From the NCBI GenBank assembly GCA_020047755.1, contig JAIFNL010000049.1, positions 1,726 to 65,725 on the forward strand: a stretch of DNA of 64,000 nucleotides. The letters run 5' to 3'. Made by a program: the position numbers and the translations under genes. Under the pieces are notes generated by a model. That model made no database searches, was not told the DNA's origin, and worked only from the letters and a program-made list of their open reading frames with translations. Below, piece by piece: positions 36,803-48,095 of the stretch. How positions within the stretch are numbered: position 1 is the stretch's first letter; each line of letters begins with the position of its first letter. The DNA comes from Bacteroidota bacterium. GTDB taxonomy: Bacteria > Bacteroidota > Bacteroidia > Bacteroidales > JAIFNL01.

Positions 36803-38746
36803 ATGAAATTTCAAACAAACAAAATACCATTTATTCAGAACATTTACAGTGTTTTAGCATTTAGAATTGCTACTGTAATGCTCATATTTTCGGTAAGTAG
36901 AATTCTTTTCTATCTTTATAATATAAGTTATTTCCCAGAAATGGAAATAGCGCACTTTTTGTACCTCATGCTTGGCGGATTGCGGTTCGACTTAACAGCA
37001 ATTCTCTATACAAACTTCATTTTCATACTATTGCAGCTACTACCTTTTAAATTTCGGCACAATAAAATTTATCAAAAAGTAACACTTGCACTATTTTATA
37101 TAACCAATTCGCTAATTATTGCAATCAATTTAGCCGACATAGCCTATTACCAATTTACACTAAAACGAACAACTGCTTCCGTATTCCAACAATTTGAAAA
37201 TGAAACAAATTTAGGAACTTTATTCTTTCAATTTTTAATCGATTTTTGGCAAATTACTTTTGCCACTCTCATTTTAATTGCAGTGTTGATTTATTCTAAT
37301 AAAAAAATAACTGTTGGAAACGCAAATATAATAAAAAATTGGCACTATTTTTTTATTAATTTAATCGTTTCTGCTGCGTTTGTCATACTACTAATTATCG
37401 GTATTAGAAGTGGTTACGATGGAACAAGTCGTCCGTTGAACATGAGCAATGCTTCTGAATACATCAATAACCCTAACGAAACAGCCATTGTACTCAACAC
37501 GCCTTTTAGCTTGTACCTCACATTTTCAAAAAAAGCATTAGAAAAAAAGAATTATTTTGCAGAGCAAGAGCTAAAAACTATCTATTCTGCTTACCATAAA
37601 GCAGATACAACCAATAATTTTCAAAATAAAAATGTAGTAATTTTTATTCTTGAAAGTTTTGGGAGAGAAAATATTGGAGCACTCAACAAAGATATTAAAG
37701 GCTACAAAGGATTTACTCCTTTTCTGGATAGCCTTATTGGTCAATCTTATACACACAAATATTCTTTTGCAAATGGACGCAAGTCGATAGAAGCATTACC
37801 CTCGGTTACTGCCGGAATTCCTTCATTAGTAACTTCTTACATTCTTTCGCACTATTCCAGCAATAAAATTAATACGCTTGCAAACACATTGTCAAAAAAA
37901 GGATATTATTCGGCATTTTTTCATGGTGCGCCAAATACTTCAATGGGCTTTAAAGCATTTACAACTTTAGCAGGTTTTGACGACTATTTTGGAAAAGATG
38001 AGTATAATAATGACGACGATTTCGATGGATATTGGGGAATTTGGGACGAAGAATTTTTCCAATTTTTTGCCCACAAAATGAATACATTCAAGCAACCATT
38101 TTTCACAACTCTTTTTTCAGTTTCGTCGCATCACCCGTATGTGGTGCCCGAAAAATACAAAGGCAAATTTCCGGAAGGAAACCTAGAATTGCATAGAACA
38201 ATTGGTTACACCGATTTTGCATTGAAACAATTTTTCGAAAAAGCAAAAAAAATGGAATGGTTCAAAAATACTATTTTTGTAATAACGGCTGACCATGCTG
38301 CAACTTTTAGCGATTTAAAAGAATACAAAACTTCGTCAGGTTTTTTTGCAGTTCCAGTAATTATTTACGAACCTTCTACCCAAAACTGGAAAGGTTTTAA
38401 CGACTCTACTGTAATGCAACAGATTGATATAATGCCAACTATACTCGGTTATTTAAAATACGACCACGAATATATTTCATTTGGTTCAGATATTAAAAAT
38501 ACACAAGAAGAACATTTTTCGGTAAGTTATTTGGTTAATGTATATCAAGTCGTTATGGGAGATTTTATACTTCAATATGATGAGAAAGAAGTTGTTAGCC
38601 TTTATAACATTAAAGAAGATAAGTTGTTGAAAAAAAATCTAAAAGGAAAATATCCTGAAATAGAAGAAAAAATACTCAAAAAATTAAAAGCTTTTATTCA
38701 AGAACATAATCAGCGACTAATTGATAATCAAACATATATTGATTAA
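36803..38746 (+). CDS. LTA-synthase-family sulfatase-fold membrane enzyme (phosphoglycerol/phosphoethanolamine-transferase-like)
   Basis: About 647 aa; the ORF track opens at TTG 36800 and the ATG follows at 36803. Five N-terminal TM helices, then an alkaline-phosphatase/sulfatase-like domain (NVVIFILESFGRE, GRKSIEALPSVTAG, FFHGAP, FFTTLFSVSSHHPY, FVITADHA). Confidence 0.85.
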   Translation: MKFQTNKIPFIQNIYSVLAFRIATVMLIFSVSRILFYLYNISYFPEMEIAHFLYLMLGGLRFDLTAILYTNFIFILLQLLPFKFRHNKIYQKVTLALFYITNSLIIAINLADIAYYQFTLKRTTASVFQQFENETNLGTLFFQFLIDFWQITFATLILIAVLIYSNKKITVGNANIIKNWHYFFINLIVSAAFVILLIIGIRSGYDGTSRPLNMSNASEYINNPNETAIVLNTPFSLYLTFSKKALEKKNYFAEQELKTIYSAYHKADTTNNFQNKNVVIFILESFGRENIGALNKDIKGYKGFTPFLDSLIGQSYTHKYSFANGRKSIEALPSVTAGIPSLVTSYILSHYSSNKINTLANTLSKKGYYSAFFHGAPNTSMGFKAFTTLAGFDDYFGKDEYNNDDDFDGYWGIWDEEFFQFFAHKMNTFKQPFFTTLFSVSSHHPYVVPEKYKGKFPEGNLELHRTIGYTDFALKQFFEKAKKMEWFKNTIFVITADHAATFSDLKEYKTSSGFFAVPVIIYEPSTQNWKGFNDSTVMQQIDIMPTILGYLKYDHEYISFGSDIKNTQEEHFSVSYLVNVYQVVMGDFILQYDEKEVVSLYNIKEDKLLKKNLKGKYPEIEEKILKKLKAFIQEHNQRLIDNQTYID

Positions 38747-38769
38747 ATATAGATTTAGCAAAAAAAAAT

Positions 38770-39192
38770 ATGGCAAGAGTAGTTAATATTTCAGAAGCAG
38801 CAAGCATAGCCATGCATGGTATGATAATGATTGCGCAAACAAGTGCAGTTACCAATGTAAATACCATAGCTGAGCAAACAAAAAGTTCGCGGCACCATGT
38901 TGCAAAAATTATGCAACGGCTTGTAAAAGACGATTTTATAGTATCTCAAAGAGGTCCCAAAGGTGGATTTGCTCTCAAGAAACCAGCAAATGAAATTAGT
39001 TTTTTAGATATTTTTGAATCTATTGAAGGGAAAATTGATATTATAAGTTGTCCGGTAGGCAAAGAAACTTGTATCTTCTCTCTCTGCTTTCTTCAAAACG
39101 TAACACACAAAATGAGTATTGAGTTTCATAATTATATGAAAACTACACTGTTGTCGGAATATGCTTTGCCCGAAAATAAAATAGTAAGTTAG
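38770..39192 (+). CDS. Rrf2-family transcriptional regulator with Cys cluster
   Basis: 140-aa ORF. Winged-helix region NTIAEQTKSSRHHVAKIMQRLVKDDFIVSQRGPKGGFALKK. CPVGKETCIFSLC gives three closely spaced Cys, as in Fe-S-binding Rrf2 members. Confidence 0.85.
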   Translation: MARVVNISEAASIAMHGMIMIAQTSAVTNVNTIAEQTKSSRHHVAKIMQRLVKDDFIVSQRGPKGGFALKKPANEISFLDIFESIEGKIDIISCPVGKETCIFSLCFLQNVTHKMSIEFHNYMKTTLLSEYALPENKIVS

Positions 39193-39237
39193 ATTTAATT
39201 AACAAATAATGCTAAAAATATAAATAATTATCACATT

Positions 39238-39693
39238 ATGGATTTTGAAATTATTATCAGAAATGCCAAAGAAGAAGATGCACAAACAATAGCAAATTTT
39301 CAATTAGCGATGGCTCTCGAAACTGAAAATCTGAAATTAAACAACACGATTCTTGAAAATGGCGTTAAAGCTGTTTTTACAGATTCTACAAAAGGAAAGT
39401 ACTATGTAGCAGAATGCAATGGCGAAATAATTGGTTCTTTATTAACTACTTACGAATGGAGCGATTGGCGAAATTCAACCGTTTTGTGGATACAATCAGT
39501 TTATGTAATGCCCGAATATCGTCAACATGGCGTATTCAAAAAATTATATAATCATATAGAATCCATTTGGAAAAGCGATAAAAAATACGCAGGCATTAGG
39601 CTTTATGTAGATAAAACTAACCAAAAAGCAATAAATGTTTATAATAAAGTAGGAATGAATGGAGAGCATTATCAACTTTTTGAAATTATGTAA
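39238..39693 (+). CDS. GNAT-family N-acetyltransferase
   Basis: 151-aa ORF. Acetyl-CoA-binding motif A region VYVMPEYRQHGVFKKLY. C-terminal YNKVGM. Confidence 0.85.
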   Translation: MDFEIIIRNAKEEDAQTIANFQLAMALETENLKLNNTILENGVKAVFTDSTKGKYYVAECNGEIIGSLLTTYEWSDWRNSTVLWIQSVYVMPEYRQHGVFKKLYNHIESIWKSDKKYAGIRLYVDKTNQKAINVYNKVGMNGEHYQLFEIM

Positions 39694-39721
39694 CTAACTT
39701 ATTACAAGCACAATAAATTCA

Positions 39722-40765
39722 TCAAGGCTCATTTCCTGAATCTGAAATATTTTCAATAGATGTCTCTTCAATTGCCTGCCTTATCGAAATGCGTTTACCA
39801 CCTTTTATGGCAATAACAAACGCATCTTTTCCGTATAAGTTGGAGAATTTCAGTGCTTCATTGTATGTAAAAAAAGAGCCAACCCAATATTGATAAAAAT
39901 CATCTTCCTTATTTACATAAACATCGGCATACCCAGAATATAATTCATCAAGTCGCTCTTTATCAAGGGCAATTTTCACAGCAAAAATCTGCACCCTAAA
40001 TACAATAAAATCGTTGCGCACTTCAAAATAATCCCATGCCGATGTATCAACAGGCGTATTCAACCACTCCCAACTTTTTGCAACAGTATCAATATCAGTT
40101 GTTTGAGTAAGTGATAAATCGACATCTATAATTGGCTCAATTGCAGAAATATCAACAAAAGTGCTAATTTCCGATTTTTTTTGGCAACCCAAGTAAACAC
40201 AAAAAGCCTCTTGAAATTTATGCAAAGTATTAAAACGAGCAGCATTTGCATCTTTAATAACCCTAAATATAACAGAATCAGAGTCATCAAAAGTCAAGCC
40301 GCTCAAATTTCCTTTCATCTGCTCATTCATTTCCATTCCTTCAACCAGAAGTTCATTGGCTTTAGTAAATTGATCGAAATCAAAAATCGGATATTCCATC
40401 AAACGAGCAGAATACAACTCAAAAACAACTTCAAACGACTCCTCATAAATACGAGTAATGAATATCATCTCCTGCAAAGCCTTGATTGTAAGTGCTGATA
40501 TTTTATTGGAGCGAGCTTTATCTGAATTTTTCAATTTGTCAACCTTATCTAAAATCTCATTTACATCAGATTGCATCTGACTTGCCATTTGAATATTTTC
40601 GAATTGGCGTTCGAGCATAATAAGGGTATCAACACCAAATTGTCCCAATATTTTTTCATGTATTTCACCACCTATTTCTTGAGCCCTAAGCATAGAATTA
40701 GTTGATAATAACATAATTAAACCATAAATCACTGAAAAAATTTGCTTTTTACTACAAATCAGCAT
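39722..40765 (-). CDS. Secreted/periplasmic protein with C-terminal SPOR-like domain
   Basis: 347-aa ORF with a signal peptide ending SMLRAQE. The C-terminal ~75 aa (FRVQIFAVKIALDKERLDELYSGYADVYVNKEDDFYQYWVGSFFTYNEALKFSNLYGKDAFVIAIKGGKRI) follow the SPOR beta-alpha-beta-beta pattern. Confidence 0.5.
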   Translation of the reverse strand: MLICSKKQIFSVIYGLIMLLSTNSMLRAQEIGGEIHEKILGQFGVDTLIMLERQFENIQMASQMQSDVNEILDKVDKLKNSDKARSNKISALTIKALQEMIFITRIYEESFEVVFELYSARLMEYPIFDFDQFTKANELLVEGMEMNEQMKGNLSGLTFDDSDSVIFRVIKDANAARFNTLHKFQEAFCVYLGCQKKSEISTFVDISAIEPIIDVDLSLTQTTDIDTVAKSWEWLNTPVDTSAWDYFEVRNDFIVFRVQIFAVKIALDKERLDELYSGYADVYVNKEDDFYQYWVGSFFTYNEALKFSNLYGKDAFVIAIKGGKRISIRQAIEETSIENISDSGNEP

Positions 40766-40872
40766 CTGCTCTCTCTTTTAGGTTAATATTTTAAAAATCG
40801 AATAATTAAAATTCATTTTTATATTAAAAAAAGAAATAATTTAAAGTATCAAATATAAAACATAAAAGTTAA

Positions 40873-43017
<2,145 letters not shown>

Positions 43018-43133
43018 GTTTTATCTTTGTACAGATATATTTTAATTGAATTAAATCAATATGATAATTAACTTTATCCGAGTTTTTATAGCTGTTTTGT
43101 ATTATTCATTTTGCTAATTTTATCCTTAAACAA

Positions 43134-45686
43134 ATGGATTTGAATGTTTTAAAGATGCTAATCCAATCGGCGTGTGCCGATGGCGAATTAACCAAAGAGA
43201 AGAAGAAACATCTTCAAGAAAAAGCGAAGCAAGCAAAAGTTAGCGCACTTGATTTAGAATTTTTGATTGACAATGAGTTAACAAAAATAAATAAAAAGAA
43301 AGCACAAGTTAGTCTAAATACCTCTTACAGTGAAAAATCAGGATTTGAAACATTTAACAAATCTGGATTTGTTTCTATCGGTAGCATAACAGAGCAAGTA
43401 ACTGAAAAAGATGATTTTACAGATATAACCCAGCACAATACCGCTGGCTCAATGAGCGTGATTTTAAAAGCCAAGTACTTTGGAAAGTGGGTAGCAATAA
43501 AAGCAATAAAGCCCGAATTTAAAAATAACCCTGTATTTTTAGACCTTTTTGATAAAGAATTTAAAAATACTTTTGAGCTTGAACATGAGCATATTGTACG
43601 AATTTATGGAAAATCGAAAAATATAAATGACCCCTATTATTTCATGGAATTTGTAGATGGAAACCAACTAACTGAATTAATAGGCGAAAATGGAATAAAA
43701 AGTGGCGCACTTGTAAAAAAATTAGCAACCCAAATACTCTCTGCACTAGAGTATTGCCACAAAAAACAAATTTTTCATAGAGACCTGAAGCCCGAAAATA
43801 TTTTAGTTACTCACAAAGGAGATAATATAAAACTAATTGACTTCGGTTTAGCTCTTTCTGATAATTATCAAGATATTTTGAGTAATGCAGGAACACCCGT
43901 TTATATGGCTCCTGAACAGAAAAAAAATCCACAGCTGATTGATGGAAGAAGCGATATATATTCCTTTGGACTTATTCTAAACCAAATGCTTTGTGGAAGT
44001 ACAAATTACTCTGATTCAATCAATTTGCGCTCGCCAAAAATTACAACGATATTAAAAAAATGCAACGCTAGTAACCCTAAAGACAGATACCAGACAGCTT
44101 CTGAAATAATTTACGAACTAAAAAACATCCCTATTTTAGACTTAAAATTTGAATTAAGGCTTTCTACCAATAAAGTTAATTTTGGAGATATTGAGATTGG
44201 CGAAAACAAAGTAAGTGAAATTAAAATTATAAATAGAGGCATTGGTGTTTTAAAATGGAAAATAACATCAAAAGTACCTGACTATTTTTTCATACAAGAA
44301 AAACAAAACCTACTTATTTTAAATTTTAAAGCAGAAAAAACCTTTGAATTTGACGACGAACTTGTTCTTTCGAGCAATGGTGGAGATGCCATTTTAAAAG
44401 TAACAGGTAAAGTAATGCAAAAACCACAATTAACCACTGATATTGATAATCTGGAATTCAATACATTAATTGAAGGAAATCCGATAATTAAAAGAATTGA
44501 AGTTTCTAATTCTGGCTCTGGAACTTTAAATTGGAATATTAAAGAATCACCTAATTGGTTGATTTGCAAGCAATTCAAAAATCATATTTATATTGAATAC
44601 GAGACAACAAAAGTTGCATCACTCAAAGGAAATATCATAATTGAAAGTAACGGAGGAAATAAAAATATTCCAATATCCATTAGCGTAAATGATGGTAAAA
44701 GCCCTATCCTAGAAGTTTCGCCTACACAAATTCATTTTGAAGATGTTACAATCGGACAAATGAAAGAAGCCATTATAGATATTGAAAATATTGGTGCAGG
44801 TATGCTAGATTGGAAAGTAACAAAAAGTTCAGAATGGCTGGTAATAAAGCGATTAGATACTGGGCTTAAAGTTATTTTTATGCCAGTGAAAGAAGGTAAT
44901 TATGTTGGTAATATTATACTAAAGAGCAATGCATCTGATGAAAATATTACAATAAGTGCAACGGTTAATGCAAAACCAAATTTATTTTATAAAAATAAGA
45001 AAATAGCAATAGTGGCAATTACTTTTTTTATGTTAATTGCATTAGCTCTAATCCCTTATGCAAAACTTGCAACTTTAATTAGTACAACAATAAAGCGCAC
45101 TGAAACAAGTCAAATACATAACAAAAAAGGAGTTAGCTCCGAAAATGAAGAAATAAACGCTTGGGAAAAAGTAATAGAGCAAAATACTATTGCTTCATAT
45201 ACTAATTTTTTAAAACAATTTCCTCAAAGTAATTATAAAAAATTAGCAGATAGTTTAATTAACTCAGAACCTGTAATTTGGAAAAGTACGTTGAGTGCAG
45301 ATAATCGAGCAGCGTACTATAAATTTAGAAAAAAATTCAAAAATAGTGAGCTTTCTAAACAAGCTCTCCTCTTATTCAATTTGACTGATACAACTTTTTG
45401 CTTTACTATTTCCGAAAATAAAGATTTTTTTATAACCGAAGATATTATGCTGAATGTAAAAAATAAACAGGTAAATGGGAGGTTGTTAGGAAATTCATTA
45501 ATTTCTGATTCAATTTGGATTTCCGATTTAAGCGGAATCCGAAAAAATGATACACTGTTTATAAAGCAAATCGATTTTTCTGGATTAAGACTTGATTTTC
45601 AATTTATTATAAATGAAAATTTTGCGATTAAAAAAGATAAAACAGGCAAAGAACTTAAATATTTTCAAAAAAAATGCCAAAAATAA
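43134..45686 (+). CDS. Hanks-type Ser/Thr protein kinase with TerB-like N-terminus, three Ig/BACON-like modules, one TM helix and a ~200-aa C-terminal domain
   Basis: 850-aa ORF. N-terminal MLIQSACADGELTKEKKKHLQEKA is TerB/DjlA-like. Kinase motifs: VAIKAIK, HRDLKPENIL, DFGLA, YMAPE, DIYSFG. Three ~85-aa repeats each end in a W...W pattern (GVLKWKITSKVPDYFFI, GTLNWNIKESPNWLICK, GMLDWKVTKSSEWLVIK). TM helix IAIVAITFFMLIALALIPY. Confidence 0.85.
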   Translation: MDLNVLKMLIQSACADGELTKEKKKHLQEKAKQAKVSALDLEFLIDNELTKINKKKAQVSLNTSYSEKSGFETFNKSGFVSIGSITEQVTEKDDFTDITQHNTAGSMSVILKAKYFGKWVAIKAIKPEFKNNPVFLDLFDKEFKNTFELEHEHIVRIYGKSKNINDPYYFMEFVDGNQLTELIGENGIKSGALVKKLATQILSALEYCHKKQIFHRDLKPENILVTHKGDNIKLIDFGLALSDNYQDILSNAGTPVYMAPEQKKNPQLIDGRSDIYSFGLILNQMLCGSTNYSDSINLRSPKITTILKKCNASNPKDRYQTASEIIYELKNIPILDLKFELRLSTNKVNFGDIEIGENKVSEIKIINRGIGVLKWKITSKVPDYFFIQEKQNLLILNFKAEKTFEFDDELVLSSNGGDAILKVTGKVMQKPQLTTDIDNLEFNTLIEGNPIIKRIEVSNSGSGTLNWNIKESPNWLICKQFKNHIYIEYETTKVASLKGNIIIESNGGNKNIPISISVNDGKSPILEVSPTQIHFEDVTIGQMKEAIIDIENIGAGMLDWKVTKSSEWLVIKRLDTGLKVIFMPVKEGNYVGNIILKSNASDENITISATVNAKPNLFYKNKKIAIVAITFFMLIALALIPYAKLATLISTTIKRTETSQIHNKKGVSSENEEINAWEKVIEQNTIASYTNFLKQFPQSNYKKLADSLINSEPVIWKSTLSADNRAAYYKFRKKFKNSELSKQALLLFNLTDTTFCFTISENKDFFITEDIMLNVKNKQVNGRLLGNSLISDSIWISDLSGIRKNDTLFIKQIDFSGLRLDFQFIINENFAIKKDKTGKELKYFQKKCQK

Positions 45687-45743
45687 TGTTATTTTAATAT
45701 TCAATACAATCAAACTTACAATTAATTATTTTAACTTAAAACA

Positions 45744-47942
45744 ATGAATAAATTTCTCACATTTTTCATAAGTATCCTATTCATTTCTAGCACATTTGCT
45801 CAAAATGAAACTCGCAAAAAAATAACACTAGATGACGTTATGCGAAATTATACGTTTTATCCAAACTCGGTGTACGGTATCCGCTCAATGAACGATGGCG
45901 AACACTACACAACTCTTGAAGATGGAAGAAGTATCGAAAAATTTGATTACAAAACAGGTAGTAATATTTCTCAAATTTTTGATATTAATAAGTTTTCTGG
46001 TATAAAAATTAAAAATATATCCGATTATGAATTTTCGGAATCGGAAGAAAAATTAATTGTATGGGGAAATAAAATACCTATTTATCGCCGCTCATTTACA
46101 GCTGATTATTATATTTATGATACAAAAACGAAAAAAATAAATCCAGTATCTCAAAATATGCCTATACAGTTAGCTACGCTTTCTCCCAATGGTAAATTTG
46201 TTGCCTTTGTGCGCTCAAACAATATATACATAACAAACTTAGAATCAGGACAAGAAACTCAAATAACAACCGACGGTGAAAAAAATAAAATTATATATGG
46301 TGCACCTGATTGGGTTTACGAAGAAGAATTTGAGTTCAATAAAGCATTAGAGTGGTCAGTAGATAGCAAAAGCCTAGCTTTCATGCGATTTGATGAAAAT
46401 GAGGTACCCGAATTTGGAATGACCCTATTCAAAGGCTTAGCACCTGCCTTAGAGCAAAATAAACTTTACCCTGAATATAGAGTTTGGAAATATCCCAAAG
46501 CAGGCGACAGTAACTCAATTGTAAATGTTCATATATACAACGTTGAAAATCAAAAAACTATCATAGCTAATACAGGAAATGAAACAGACCAATACATTCC
46601 GAGAATTCAATGGACTAAAAATGCCGAAAAACTTTCTGTTTTGCGTTTAAATAGGTTACAAAACAAATTGGAAATTTTGCTTGCCGATGCAAAAACAGGC
46701 GAAACGAATATTATTTATACCGAAATAAATAAATATTATATAGATGAAACTCTCTTCGATTATATCTCATTTCTATCTGATGGCGAGCAATTTACTTTAG
46801 TTAGTGAAAAAGATGGATTTACGCATATTTATCTATATAATCTCAAAGGAGAAGAAGTTAAGCAAATTACAAAAGGTAATTTTGATGTAACAAATTTTTA
46901 TGGATATGACGAAAAAAATAAGGTATTTTACTATCAAGCAGCCGAAAAGTCTTCTCTTCAACGCGAAATATATTCAATAAAACTAAATGGCAAAGACAAA
47001 AAAAATCTTTCGGCAAAATTGGGGACTAATTCAGCAGATTTTAGCAAAACATTCAAATACTTCATCAATGAATTTTCAGCAGCAAATACTCCTACAATTG
47101 TAAGTTTAAATGATGCTAATGGCAAAGAAATTAAAGTATTAGAAAATAATTCAGGACTAAACGAACTCTTAAAAAAGTATGCCTACCAAGAAAAAACCTT
47201 TTTCAAATTTAAAACAGAACAAAACGTAGAACTCAATGGTTGGATGGTAAAACCGATTAATTTTGATGCAACAAAAAAATATCCGGTATTAATGACCCAA
47301 TATTCAGGACCAAATTCACAATCGGCAACTGACGATTTTCAAGTTGGTTGGGAACAAGTTCTTGCAAATGAAGGATATATAGTAGTTTGCGTAGATGGCA
47401 GAGGCACAGCTGCAAGAGGCGAAGAATTTAGAAAAATGACTTATTTACAACTAGGAAAGTACGAAATTGAAGACCAGATAGAAACAGCAAAATACTTAGG
47501 TTCATTGCCTTATGTAAAAAAAGAAAATATTACAATTTGGGGTTGGTCGTATGGTGGATTTATGGCACTTTTGGGCGTTACAAAAGGCGCCGATTATTTT
47601 TCTGCAGCAATTGCAGTAGCTCCTGTAACCAATTGGCGTTACTACGATAATATTTATACTGAACGCTTTATGCGAACTCCGCAAGAAAACCCTAATGGAT
47701 ATGATGACAATTCACCCATAAATCACGTACAAAAATTTAAAGGTAAATTACTTTTAGTTCATGGCACAGCCGATGATAATGTACATTGGCAAAATTCTGC
47801 CGAATTTGTTGAAGCTATGGTTCAAGAAAATAAACAGTTTCAAACTTTTTACTACACAAACAGAAACCATGGAATTTATGGCGGCAAAACTCGTTTGCAC
47901 TTATATAACATGTTCCTAAACTTTTTGAAAACTAATAACTAA
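45744..47942 (+). CDS. Dipeptidyl-peptidase IV (S9B family)
   Basis: 732-aa ORF with a signal peptide. The DPP4 N-terminal propeller includes APDWVYEEEF. Catalytic Ser motif WGWSYGGFM, Asp in HGTADDNVH, His in NRNHGI. Confidence 0.92.
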   Translation: MNKFLTFFISILFISSTFAQNETRKKITLDDVMRNYTFYPNSVYGIRSMNDGEHYTTLEDGRSIEKFDYKTGSNISQIFDINKFSGIKIKNISDYEFSESEEKLIVWGNKIPIYRRSFTADYYIYDTKTKKINPVSQNMPIQLATLSPNGKFVAFVRSNNIYITNLESGQETQITTDGEKNKIIYGAPDWVYEEEFEFNKALEWSVDSKSLAFMRFDENEVPEFGMTLFKGLAPALEQNKLYPEYRVWKYPKAGDSNSIVNVHIYNVENQKTIIANTGNETDQYIPRIQWTKNAEKLSVLRLNRLQNKLEILLADAKTGETNIIYTEINKYYIDETLFDYISFLSDGEQFTLVSEKDGFTHIYLYNLKGEEVKQITKGNFDVTNFYGYDEKNKVFYYQAAEKSSLQREIYSIKLNGKDKKNLSAKLGTNSADFSKTFKYFINEFSAANTPTIVSLNDANGKEIKVLENNSGLNELLKKYAYQEKTFFKFKTEQNVELNGWMVKPINFDATKKYPVLMTQYSGPNSQSATDDFQVGWEQVLANEGYIVVCVDGRGTAARGEEFRKMTYLQLGKYEIEDQIETAKYLGSLPYVKKENITIWGWSYGGFMALLGVTKGADYFSAAIAVAPVTNWRYYDNIYTERFMRTPQENPNGYDDNSPINHVQKFKGKLLLVHGTADDNVHWQNSAEFVEAMVQENKQFQTFYYTNRNHGIYGGKTRLHLYNMFLNFLKTNN

Positions 47943-47950
47943 AATTTAAT

Positions 47951-47993
47951 TTTCACGCCTTATTTTAATAACTGTAAAAAATAAGGCGTGAAA
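47951..47993 (+). terminator. Perfect 16-bp hairpin after the DPP4 gene (probable terminator)
   Basis: TTTCACGCCTTATTTT (47951-47966) pairs perfectly with AAAATAAGGCGTGAAA (47978-47993) around an 11-nt loop. The downstream T-run is weak, so intrinsic-terminator function is likely but not certain. Confidence 0.6.
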
Positions 47994-48095
47994 ACTCTTT
48001 CTGCATAAAATAGAATAATTATAGTCAACTATCTAATAACCACATCAAAATTAACACTCTAAATAATAAAATGCCAACAATTAATTTATAATTCT

